From a phage: a stretch of 64,000 bases of DNA. The position numbers were made by a program, and so were the translations under genes. The stretch is taken from sequence record PZ445554.1; one strand, given 5' to 3'. Below are positions 41,744 through 51,267 of this stretch, in pieces (the stretch's first letter is position 1; each line of letters starts with the position of its first letter). The notes beneath the pieces are model-generated. The model saw nothing but the letters and a program-made list of their open reading frames with translations, searched no databases and had not been told where the DNA came from.

Positions 41744-44008
41744 TCATAATTTACAGGATGAACAATCTTCAGCTTTTGGAGTTTCTATTTCATAATCATC
41801 AGTACCAGAACCATCACGGGTATTATGATAATAGAAATTTTTTCCGCCAAAATACCAAAAATACAAAAGGTCATCAATCATTATTGACATTGGAACCTTG
41901 CCTTTAGGGAAGATTTGGGGGTCATAATATGTATTTGCTGAAGCTGATTGACATACCCATTTCAACATAATAGCTACCTGTGTAAGATAAGGTTTATTAC
42001 CTTTCTTAGCTAATTTCCATGTATAATCATAGAGGTCTATGTTATGCTCAATATTGGGCACGACTTGATTAAAGGAGCCCTCTTTTGATTCTTTAACAGA
42101 GACTGGTCCACGTGGAGGCTCGATACCGTTTGTACTGTTAGAAACTTGGGAAGATGACTCACATGGCATAAGTGCTGATAATGTGCTATTACGGATGCCA
42201 AAGAGCTTAAGGTCTTCCCGCAGCGACGACCAGTCACAAACGTATTTTGGAGCTGCGATTTGGTCAATCTTTTTATTGTACCAGTCGATAGGTAATTCGC
42301 CTCGAGACCAACGAGTGTCTGAATAATATTCGCAAGGTCCTTTTTCTTTGGCGAGCTTAATGGATGCTTTAATGAGTCCATACTGTAATCTCTCAAATAG
42401 TTCATGTGTTAAATCGTTAGCATCTTCATAAGAAGCAAAGTTACTTGCCAGCCAAGCTGCATAGTTGGTAACACCTACACCGAGGTTACGACGCTTTTTG
42501 GCTTTTTCTGCTTCAGGAACCGGATATCCTTGGTAATCCAAAAGATTATCAAGAGCACGAACTTGGACTTCTGCCAATTCATTAATTTTATCTTGGTCTT
42601 GCCAATCAAAGTTATCCAGCACAAATGCTGATAACGTGCACAATCCAATTTCAGCATCAGGACTATTCACATCATTTGTTGGAATAGCAATTTCACAGCA
42701 CAAGTTACTCTGACGAATAGGTGCCTTTTCACGAATAAACGGAGTATAGTTATTCGTATTATCAATGAACTGTACATAAATCCTTGCTGTTCCTGAACGT
42801 TCAGTCATGAGCAATTCAAATAGTTCACGGGCTTTAATACGCTTTTTACGAATATTAGGGTCTTTTTCTGCTGCTTCGTACAATTCACGGAAACGGTCTT
42901 GGTCTTTAAAATAAGAATAATAAAGCTCGCCACCCATTTCATGCGGACTGAACAAAGTAATGTAATCGTTCTTTCCAAAACGTTCCATCATCAAATCATT
43001 CAGCTGAACACCATAATCCATATGACGAATGCGGTTTTCTTCTACACCTTTGTTATTTTTCAAAACAAGAAGATTTTCAACTTCCAAATGCCAAATAGGA
43101 TAATAAGCAGTAGCAGCGCCGCCACGAATTCCACCCTGTGAACATGATTTAACAGCAGTCTGAAAATGTTTCCAAAAAGGAATAACCCCAGTATGGCGTA
43201 CTTCACCCATGCCAATCTTAGAACCTTCGGCACGAATCATACCAACGTTAATACCAATTCCAGCACGTTTGGAGATATATTCAACAATTGAAGCGGAAGC
43301 CTTATTGATAGACTTTAGTGAATCACCTGCCTCAATAACAACGCATGAACTAAACTGCCGAGTTGGAGTACGGCAACCAGCCATAATAGGAGTTGGTAAT
43401 GAAATCTGTCGAGTAGATACTGCTTCATAAAAACGAATAACATGTTTTAATCTATCAACAGGTTCATCTTGATGCAATGCCATTCCAATAGTCATAAATG
43501 CAAACTGTGGAGTTTCATAAATTTGACCAGTGGTTTTATCTTTAACTAGATATTTTTCTTTTAATTGCATCGCCCCGGAATAAGTAAATTCCATATCCCG
43601 CTCGTGCTTAATTTTTGATTCTAAAAATGTAATTTCTTCTGCTGAATATTTTGACAATAATTCAGGGTCATATTTACCTTCATTTACACAGTAAGAAATA
43701 TGGTCAATAAATGAACGTGGTTCATATTGCCCGTAAACATGCTTACGAAGAGCAAACATTAAACAGCGTGCAGCTACGTATTGATAATCAGGCTCTTCAA
43801 CTGAAATAGAATTCGCAGCAGCCTTAATGACAATAGTCTGAATGTCATCAGTGGTCATTCCATCACGGAGATATGATTTAATATTTTCATATAATTCATA
43901 AGGATCTACAGATGTTCCTTCAGCTGCCCAAGATAAAACTTTAATAATTTTTTGTGGATCAAAGCTCTGAGAAACACCACTACTTTTGATAACATTAATT
44001 AATTGCAT
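41744..44008 (-). CDS. nrdA: ribonucleotide reductase large subunit
   Basis: 754-aa ORF with class Ia RNR features. Confidence 0.97.
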   Translation of the reverse strand: MQLINVIKSSGVSQSFDPQKIIKVLSWAAEGTSVDPYELYENIKSYLRDGMTTDDIQTIVIKAAANSISVEEPDYQYVAARCLMFALRKHVYGQYEPRSFIDHISYCVNEGKYDPELLSKYSAEEITFLESKIKHERDMEFTYSGAMQLKEKYLVKDKTTGQIYETPQFAFMTIGMALHQDEPVDRLKHVIRFYEAVSTRQISLPTPIMAGCRTPTRQFSSCVVIEAGDSLKSINKASASIVEYISKRAGIGINVGMIRAEGSKIGMGEVRHTGVIPFWKHFQTAVKSCSQGGIRGGAATAYYPIWHLEVENLLVLKNNKGVEENRIRHMDYGVQLNDLMMERFGKNDYITLFSPHEMGGELYYSYFKDQDRFRELYEAAEKDPNIRKKRIKARELFELLMTERSGTARIYVQFIDNTNNYTPFIREKAPIRQSNLCCEIAIPTNDVNSPDAEIGLCTLSAFVLDNFDWQDQDKINELAEVQVRALDNLLDYQGYPVPEAEKAKKRRNLGVGVTNYAAWLASNFASYEDANDLTHELFERLQYGLIKASIKLAKEKGPCEYYSDTRWSRGELPIDWYNKKIDQIAAPKYVCDWSSLREDLKLFGIRNSTLSALMPCESSSQVSNSTNGIEPPRGPVSVKESKEGSFNQVVPNIEHNIDLYDYTWKLAKKGNKPYLTQVAIMLKWVCQSASANTYYDPQIFPKGKVPMSIMIDDLLYFWYFGGKNFYYHNTRDGSGTDDYEIETPKAEDCSSCKL

Positions 44009-44325
44009 AAGTCCTCAACTTGAAAATCGTCTTTAAACAATCGGTTAACTATATGAGCTATTATATCACCATGACACGGCTTTGGTTTACATGTGCATCC
44101 TAGCCTCATTCCACGTAAAGGCTCTAAATGTGCTTTAGTTATTTCTCCGGATTTAATTCGACGTATAAAATCTTTTTTGAATAATTCAATGGCAGCCTCC
44201 CGGCTGCCAGCATCTTTACCGACGTAATTTCCCCAAAATGTACCACGGTGAATATTAACATCAAAGTCGGATTTATATTTATTCACTACCTGGCATAGAC
44301 GGCCCGCGCGGTGATAATTCGTCAT
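43999..44325 (-). CDS. DUF4326-like small protein (nrdA.1 position)
   Basis: 108-aa ORF; C-terminal [13 protein letters not shown] motif. Confidence 0.65.
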   Translation of the reverse strand: MTNYHRAGRLCQVVNKYKSDFDVNIHRGTFWGNYVGKDAGSREAAIELFKKDFIRRIKSGEITKAHLEPLRGMRLGCTCKPKPCHGDIIAHIVNRLFKDDFQVEDLCN

Positions 44326-44542
44326 ATTGTTTTTCCGTTAAAACAGTAATATCATAGTAACAATCTGAAGAAGTTTTAACTGTAGAAATTTTATTATCAA
44401 AATACTCACGAGTCATTTTATGAGTATAATATTTTTTGCCATAAATGACAATAGGCTGATTTGGTCCTGGAACTTCTAACTCACTTGGGTTAGGAAGTAT
44501 AAAAAGAACGACACCAGAAGTATCTTTAAATCGTAAAATCAT
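44279..44542 (-). CDS. hypothetical protein (nrdA.2 position)
   Basis: Track start is TTG; ATG at 44542 gives 87 aa. Confidence 0.6.
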   Translation of the reverse strand: MILRFKDTSGVVLFILPNPSELEVPGPNQPIVIYGKKYYTHKMTREYFDNKISTVKTSSDCYYDITVLTEKQYDELSPRGPSMPGSE

Positions 44543-44565
44543 ATATCCTCGCAATTAAATTAAAA

Positions 44566-45425
44566 TTATACCGCCATTTTTCCTTTCAAGACGCCGTGGG
44601 ACTGATAATCTTTGAGAACGAAATCTTTAGGCCTGAGTTTAAGAATGTATTCCAATTGTTCTTTAGTAGAAAGATAGCGGAATTTATAAGGCAATCCGCC
44701 TATTACCAGTTCACAAAGCTCTTTAGGTTCACGACGCAAAATTTCTTTACATTGTTCTACGTGATTCATATAGATATGAGTATTACCACCAGAAAATATC
44801 AAATCTCCCGGAATAAGATTACACATCTTAGCTACAATATGAACTAACGCAGCATATGATGCAATATTAAATGGAAGACCGAGGAAAACATCTACTGATC
44901 GTTGATACCACTGAAGGTCAAGGTATCCATTACGAACATTAAATTGATAGAACATATGACAAGGTGGTAATGCCATCTGCTTGAGTTCAGCTGGATTCCA
45001 TGCTGAAACAATTTGACGCCTATCATTTGGCAGTTTTTTAATACGATCAATAACTTCTATAATTTGGTCTACACCACCAAAATCACGCCACTGTTTTCCA
45101 TAAATTGGACCAAGTTCACCGCTATGGTATCCTAAATCTTTTGCTTGATTTTCGTAATTTTCATCCCAAACTGTTTTGCCTTGGATTAACGAATCATGTT
45201 GAATTAATCGCAAATCATTGACATTTGTGCTTCCCGATAAAAACCAAAGCAGCTCAGCAATGCAAGCTTTCCAGGCGAGCTTCTTAGTTGTTACTGCAGG
45301 AAAACCTTTAGTTAAATCCCAGCGTAATTTAGTACCGAACAAAGCAATTGTTCCTGTGCCTGTTCGGTCATCGGTTTCGTAGCCATTTTCCAGGATATCT
45401 TTAATTAAAAATTGGTATTGTTTCA

Positions 45426-45426
<1 letters not shown>
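44566..45426 (-). CDS. td: thymidylate synthase (continuous, no intron)
   Basis: Track start is TTG; ATG at 45426 gives 286 aa beginning MKQYQ; active-site PCH present. Confidence 0.95.
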
Positions 45427-46455
<1,029 letters not shown>

Positions 46456-46466
46456 ATTGCCTCCTA

Positions 46467-46799
46467 TTAAAAAGGATCAGGAACATATCCGCTAGCTTTA
46501 ATCATTTTAATTAACGTTAACATTCCTTTGTTAACTGCTCGTGAGATTTCATCAAAAACTTCATCACTAAAAAGTTCTAACACGCCCTTCTGAACTTTTA
46601 ATTTACAGCCAACAATTTCGTCATCGCCTATAGTAAATTCGCTTCCGCCAATTCCGCCGAAAAACTTAATTACGCCAGTTAACTGTCTTCCACGAGAATA
46701 TGGGTCGTGTGATAAAGTAATATGAGTCACCCCAGGTACAGTTTTAAATTGGCAGCGGATGTTTACTTGAGCAATTCCAGTTACATGAATGTCAGACAT
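46467..46799 (-). CDS. hypothetical protein (frd.2 position)
   Basis: 110-aa ORF. Confidence 0.65.
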   Translation of the reverse strand: MSDIHVTGIAQVNIRCQFKTVPGVTHITLSHDPYSRGRQLTGVIKFFGGIGGSEFTIGDDEIVGCKLKVQKGVLELFSDEVFDEISRAVNKGMLTLIKMIKASGYVPDPF

Positions 46800-46809
46800 A
46801 TTATTTTCC

Positions 46810-47052
46810 TCAAACAGACTTTTTCACAATTTTCCAATCAGCTTTAAACTGCTCGACATCAGAATGGTAAATCCAGAATCCTGCGCTTTCTCCGTCTTCA
46901 TAAAGAGGACATCCATCACATTCATCTTCCCACCCCATATCGCGTAAAAGATGTTCAGCTTTTTCAACAAGCCCAGAATCTTTACCGATGATATTAAAAT
47001 ACCATTTACCTTTAACTTCTGAATCTTTGATGCTCTGGCGTTGTAATCTCAT
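46810..47052 (-). CDS. hypothetical protein (frd.3 position)
   Basis: 80-aa ORF. Confidence 0.65.
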   Translation of the reverse strand: MRLQRQSIKDSEVKGKWYFNIIGKDSGLVEKAEHLLRDMGWEDECDGCPLYEDGESAGFWIYHSDVEQFKADWKIVKKSV

Positions 47053-47061
47053 TTATTCTCA

Positions 47062-47130
47062 TTAGCAAGCTTTAATCAAAAGATATAAACAGACCAACAT
47101 AACTGCTGCCATAATATAAGGTGCGAACAT
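47062..47130 (-). CDS. candidate 22-aa hydrophobic micropeptide
   Basis: Hand-translated MFAPYIMAAVMLVCLYLLIKAC; GGAG SD 8 nt upstream; early promoter 30 nt upstream; below track size cutoff. Confidence 0.35.
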   Translation of the reverse strand: MFAPYIMAAVMLVCLYLLIKAC

Positions 47131-47160
47131 TTTCTTTTCTCCATTAGTTTTGATAGGGTA

Positions 47161-47190
47161 ATAGTATCACACTACTACCCTGTTGTAAAC
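47161..47190 (-). promoter_or_regulatory. early promoter (micropeptide ORF / frd.3)
   Basis: minus strand GTTTACAACAGGGTAGTAGTGTGATACTAT: 17 bp, TGn + TACTAT. Confidence 0.55.
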
Positions 47191-47576
47191 TACTTTTTGA
47201 AAGTTTTTCGCAAAAGTTCAATGATTTCATCTACATTATTTTCGTCAACAATGCAGTGAATTTTTGTTACGCCAGAAACCTTGTCTTTAACTTCATCCTC
47301 TTCAGAAGTAGGTTCTTTATATTCGCGGAAACAATAAAACTCTTCTTCACTAAGTTCAAAATAATCATCACCCATACCATCATCATTATAGATTTCACCA
47401 TTAGCACAAATGATTTCGGTTACATAATCAAAGCCATCTAAACTTGATATTGATTTAACTTCAAACCAACCACCATTTTCTTGAATGATGCCGACCATAT
47501 TAGCATTTGATGAACTAATATCAATGAAAGATTTAATACGGTGTGGATTTAACTCGTATTTTTTGCCGATTTCCAT
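47190..47576 (-). CDS. hypothetical acidic protein
   Basis: Track ORF 133 aa; second ATG (47576) has GAGGAAA SD and gives 128 aa. Confidence 0.65.
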   Translation of the reverse strand: MEIGKKYELNPHRIKSFIDISSSNANMVGIIQENGGWFEVKSISSLDGFDYVTEIICANGEIYNDDGMGDDYFELSEEEFYCFREYKEPTSEEDEVKDKVSGVTKIHCIVDENNVDEIIELLRKTFKK

Positions 47577-47597
47577 TTTGATTTTCCTCATTTTAAT

Positions 47598-47615
47598 AGG
47601 GGCTTAATAGCCCCT
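47598..47615 (-). other. hairpin between the two orphan ORFs upstream of gene 32
   Basis: AGGGGC-UUAAUA-GCCCCU stem-loop. Confidence 0.45.
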
Positions 47616-47621
47616 TGATAA

Positions 47622-47849
47622 TTATTGTTCAATCATTCCCATGTAAAATTCTGTGTCTTCAGCATCCATACCATCACAATATTCATTAGCCATAAACCGC
47701 TCAAGAACTTCTAAAGGACCTTCAATAACGATTTGAATGCTCCAAAACTTAGAATCTTGTACACTTGTGATACTAAGTTCAGGATAACGATTACGAATAA
47801 TTTCTTCAATATATTCAAAATCAACGATGTCAATATCAACTTTAGCCAT
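47622..47849 (-). CDS. hypothetical acidic protein
   Basis: Track TTG start lies between -35 and -10 of an early promoter; ATG at 47849 after AGAGGA gives 75 aa. Confidence 0.6.
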   Translation of the reverse strand: MAKVDIDIVDFEYIEEIIRNRYPELSITSVQDSKFWSIQIVIEGPLEVLERFMANEYCDGMDAEDTEFYMGMIEQ

Positions 47850-47892
47850 ATTGTTTTCCTCTTTAATCGTCAGCAGTATTGCTGATAGTTGT

Positions 47893-47922
47893 ATAGTACC
47901 ATGGAAGGACAAGGATGTAAAC
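47893..47922 (-). promoter_or_regulatory. early promoter (75-aa ORF)
   Basis: minus strand GTTTACATCCTTGTCCTTCCATGGTACTAT: 17 bp, TGn + TACTAT. Confidence 0.55.
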
Positions 47923-47940
47923 AGTTTTGTGAAAAAATTT

Positions 47941-47971
47941 TTAAAATAAAAAGGGGACCTCTAGGGTCCCC
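47941..47971 (-). terminator. rho-independent terminator downstream of gene 32
   Basis: GGGGACC-loop-GGUCCCC hairpin followed on minus strand by UUUUUAUUUU. Confidence 0.8.
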
Positions 47972-47993
47972 AATTAATTAGTAATATAATCTA

Positions 47994-48902
47994 TTAAAGG
48001 TCATTCAAAAGGTCATCCAGGTCCGTGTCATCAGCACTAGATGAACTGCCAGAGCTTGAGCTCATAAAATCATCTTCAGTTTTTGTATTGAAGTCATCAA
48101 CATTGAATGCATCCAAATCATCAGCAACTTTATCAGCTTTCTTAGCAGCAGTTGCAGCGGCACCGCCCATCACAGCAGTTCCCATAACTTGACCGAATTT
48201 AGTATTCAGTTCTTCAAATGATTTGAATTTATCTTTAGAAGTCATTTCAGAAAGGTCAACCATTTGTTCGAACAGTTCTTTCTGGAAAGATTCATCATCA
48301 ATGTTTGGAATCGCAGATTGATTCAGGAATTTAGATTCATCGTAGTTACTAAATCCGGAAACTTGTTTAACTTTCAGTACAAAGTTAGCACCTTCCCACG
48401 GACAAGTTACATCAACCGGAGTTTCACCCATTTCAACATCAACCGCAATCATTGCATTGATTTTATCCCAGATTTTCTTACCGAAACGGTATTTAAATAC
48501 TTTACCTTCATTTTCTGGAGCAGCTGGGTCTTTTACAACAAGAATATTAGCCCAGTAAGAAGTTTTACGTTTAACAAGACTGTACTCTTTATTGTCAGTG
48601 TTGTACAGATCATTTTTACTGATGTATTGACATACTGGGCAAGAATCGTAATCACCGTGGGTAGATGAACAGTTTTCAATATACCATTTACCATTTTTCT
48701 TGAAACCGTGATTTACAAGAATTGCAAATGGTGCTTGTTCATCATTTTTAGACGGAAGAAAACGAATTACTGCTTGACCGTTACCCGCATTGTCGAGTTT
48801 CAGTTTCCACTCGCCTTTATCTTCAGAAGAAAAACCACCTTTATTTCCAGCCAGTTTAGCCATTTGTGCAGCGAGTTCAGCAGTAGATTTACGTTTAAAC
48901 AT
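47994..48902 (-). CDS. 32: single-stranded DNA-binding protein gp32
   Basis: 302-aa ORF recognised as T4 gp32; acidic C-terminal tail; 5' leader pseudoknot operator. Confidence 0.97.
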   Translation of the reverse strand: MFKRKSTAELAAQMAKLAGNKGGFSSEDKGEWKLKLDNAGNGQAVIRFLPSKNDEQAPFAILVNHGFKKNGKWYIENCSSTHGDYDSCPVCQYISKNDLYNTDNKEYSLVKRKTSYWANILVVKDPAAPENEGKVFKYRFGKKIWDKINAMIAVDVEMGETPVDVTCPWEGANFVLKVKQVSGFSNYDESKFLNQSAIPNIDDESFQKELFEQMVDLSEMTSKDKFKSFEELNTKFGQVMGTAVMGGAAATAAKKADKVADDLDAFNVDDFNTKTEDDFMSSSSGSSSSADDTDLDDLLNDL

Positions 48903-48937
48903 TTTTATTTCCTTTTTAATTTAATTAACAGTTGGTG

Positions 48938-48968
48938 CTATGACGATGTATGACCTCATAGCTGGTCA
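48938..48968 (-). promoter_or_regulatory. gene 32 translational operator pseudoknot
   Basis: minus strand UGACC-AG-CUAUGA-GGUCA-UACAUCG-UCAUAG: two interleaved stems, followed by A/U-rich unstructured leader to the ATG. Confidence 0.7.
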
Positions 48969-48985
48969 GTGAGATAATTATAATC

Positions 48986-48993
48986 TATTTATA
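48986..48993 (-). promoter_or_regulatory. late promoter TATAAATA (gene 32)
   Basis: minus-strand TATAAATA ~85 nt upstream of gene 32 ATG. Confidence 0.65.
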
Positions 48994-49001
48994 ATAAGCA
49001 A

Positions 49002-49655
49002 TTAATACTTGCAAGATTTCACAGTTTCAATGAAAACATTTTTAGCTTTCTGTGAATCAATATTTAAAATTTTTCTATAAGCCTTTAACTTTATAGAATA
49101 ATTATTCCAGACTAAATTATCAGTCTGTTCATCGTGTTTATCAATTATATTTAAAAACGAATCAAGCAAGATAAACGTTTCAAACGAAATTATATTCGAT
49201 TGAAGTAGTTTAAAAATATAACTTGATTGAACTTTTGGATTATACTCAAAGATTTCTTTAAAAGCAGAAACTTCAACTTTTTTACTAAAATAGTAAATAT
49301 TGCGAATATCTTCTTCAAACTTAAATTTAATTTGCTTTAAGCGTCCGATATATTCACGATAAAACACAAGTGCATCAGCGTCAGAGATGTCGCCAATCCA
49401 AGCATCTTGGTTAGCAACCAAATTACTTATAAAGATTAAAGCAAGTTCCTTTAATTTATATTTTTCTGATAACTTCTGGAAAAAATACTTATCCCTTCGC
49501 TTTTGATAAGCGGCATCAGACACCCGCATGCACCAATTATACTTAATAACATCATACTTTCCATTCATATGCTGTTTTATCATTAAGTATAATTTATAAA
49601 CTGATTTACCATCAATGTATCTTTCACCACCAGCAGGCATGCGGAGTTTAATCAT
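49002..49655 (-). CDS. 59: helicase loader gp59
   Basis: 217-aa ORF recognised as T4 gp59. Confidence 0.93.
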   Translation of the reverse strand: MIKLRMPAGGERYIDGKSVYKLYLMIKQHMNGKYDVIKYNWCMRVSDAAYQKRRDKYFFQKLSEKYKLKELALIFISNLVANQDAWIGDISDADALVFYREYIGRLKQIKFKFEEDIRNIYYFSKKVEVSAFKEIFEYNPKVQSSYIFKLLQSNIISFETFILLDSFLNIIDKHDEQTDNLVWNNYSIKLKAYRKILNIDSQKAKNVFIETVKSCKY

Positions 49656-49990
49656 AGTAGAAAATCTAATGTATTAGTTTTTTCACAACGAACAACAGAA
49701 GGACGTAAAAGATTTTCGTCAATAGCTTCTGACTGGATTTTTTCAATTATCCCCGAAGGAATAAATTTAGCAAATTGAGTTTCAGGAATAGAGTTTTCTT
49801 CCAAGAATGCTGTCGTAGCTTCAAGATAACTCATTCCAAACTCTTCTACCATTTTTTCAATAATAAATCCGTTTTCTTGACGATCAAGAAGCTTTGCTAT
49901 TTCATCCTTTTCTTTCTTGATTGAAAGTTCTTTTTCTGAAAGACCGGTCTCATCGACCGGACGAATATCATTTAGAGAAAACTGTGTCAT
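49652..49990 (-). CDS. 33: late transcription co-activator gp33
   Basis: Track start is TTG; ATG at 49990 gives 112 aa. Confidence 0.85.
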   Translation of the reverse strand: MTQFSLNDIRPVDETGLSEKELSIKKEKDEIAKLLDRQENGFIIEKMVEEFGMSYLEATTAFLEENSIPETQFAKFIPSGIIEKIQSEAIDENLLRPSVVRCEKTNTLDFLL

Positions 49991-50237
49991 AAAGTTCAAC
50001 TACCTCTTCAGTTTCAGCTTCAAACACATCACGATTATCTTTATGATACAAAGCTAATAGACGATTAAACATCTTACCATCAACGCCAAGTTCATCTTTG
50101 GCACGAATTCGAATATCTTTAATCAGTTCATTATAACCGGAAATTTTCAGTTTATGGTCAGATGCTTCTTTAATAAATTTAGCCAAGTCTTCGCCATGGA
50201 TAGCTTCATCAAATTCAACCATTTCTTTTTTAGCCAT
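49968..50237 (-). CDS. dsbA: dsDNA-binding protein DsbA (late transcription enhancer)
   Basis: 89-aa ORF; T4 synteny. Confidence 0.85.
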   Translation of the reverse strand: MAKKEMVEFDEAIHGEDLAKFIKEASDHKLKISGYNELIKDIRIRAKDELGVDGKMFNRLLALYHKDNRDVFEAETEEVVELYDTVFSK

Positions 50238-50245
50238 TATTCACC

Positions 50246-51163
50246 TCAAAATTCATTAATGCTATTAGTTAATTTAGAAAGACCCGCTTTTACAAAATAT
50301 GAATAAATTTTGCCACGCGGTGGTAATTTATATGAATTATAGTAATTCACAATGTTTGAAGCAATATTATCAGGAATATAATCAAAATCAATTAGAACTA
50401 AATTTTCTTTATAACGATTATACTCAGATTCTGAGAGAAGCACCTTAGCTTGCTCACGATCATTAGCAATAGCTTCAACGATTGAAGTTTTCATTGAAGG
50501 AGTTCGTTCACCTTCAACTCTGGTAAACCAAAAGTCAGATCGTACTTTAACTGAAGCAACGTTATCCTTTTTGTCGCCTTTAAGGATTTTAGTCATACAG
50601 TCAATTTCAGCAGAACCGCTTTTAATTTTAACCCATTTCTTATGCATCGGTGACCATTGCTTAACATTTGGATATTTGTGAAGCTGTGTAAAGTCACCAT
50701 CCGATGAAATGATTAAAATCTTATGTCCTTCTAAAGAGAACTTTTTAACAAGAACAGCAATGTGGTCATCTGCTTCATACTTATCAATATCCATAACAAT
50801 GTATGGCATATAAGCTTTCAATTCATCTATAACTTTATGGCTGGATTCAAAATAACCTTCCCAGTCCCAAGTAGATTCTTCTCGTGCTTTTCCACGGTTT
50901 TTCTTATAATAATAAGCGAAATCACGACGCCAGTATCCAGATTTCGCGTTATCAATACATAGTACAATTTTAGTGTATCCAAGCGTTTTTGCTTTTTTGA
51001 CATTAAACTTAATTGAGTTCAATATCAAATGACGAACCATTGATAAATTAATTTTTTCTTTATCTGGGAAGTTTACAAGAGCAGTTGAAAGCGCAATTTG
51101 ACTAAAGTCAATAAAGCAAATTCCTTCTTTATAATCTTCATCCAGCATCATTTCTAAATCCAT
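50246..51163 (-). CDS. rnh: RNase H / 5'-3' exonuclease
   Basis: Track start is TTG; ATG at 51163 after GAGG gives 305 aa (FEN-family acidic residues). Confidence 0.93.
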   Translation of the reverse strand: MDLEMMLDEDYKEGICFIDFSQIALSTALVNFPDKEKINLSMVRHLILNSIKFNVKKAKTLGYTKIVLCIDNAKSGYWRRDFAYYYKKNRGKAREESTWDWEGYFESSHKVIDELKAYMPYIVMDIDKYEADDHIAVLVKKFSLEGHKILIISSDGDFTQLHKYPNVKQWSPMHKKWVKIKSGSAEIDCMTKILKGDKKDNVASVKVRSDFWFTRVEGERTPSMKTSIVEAIANDREQAKVLLSESEYNRYKENLVLIDFDYIPDNIASNIVNYYNSYKLPPRGKIYSYFVKAGLSKLTNSINEF

Positions 51164-51192
51164 ATGAACCTCGTTCAATTAGTGAGATTTCT

Positions 51193-51222
51193 ATTATATA
51201 CTATCTAAATCTTAAAGTAAAC
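51193..51222 (-). promoter_or_regulatory. early promoter (rnh)
   Basis: minus strand GTTTACTTTAAGATTTAGATAGTATATAAT: 17 bp, perfect TATAAT. Confidence 0.6.
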
Positions 51223-51225
51223 AGG

Positions 51226-51233
51226 TATAAATA
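51226..51233 (+). promoter_or_regulatory. late promoter TATAAATA (gene 34)
   Basis: exact TATAAATA 35 nt before gene 34 ATG. Confidence 0.75.
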
Positions 51234-51267
51234 CTTATTATTGAAAACACAATAGGAGCCCGGGAGA

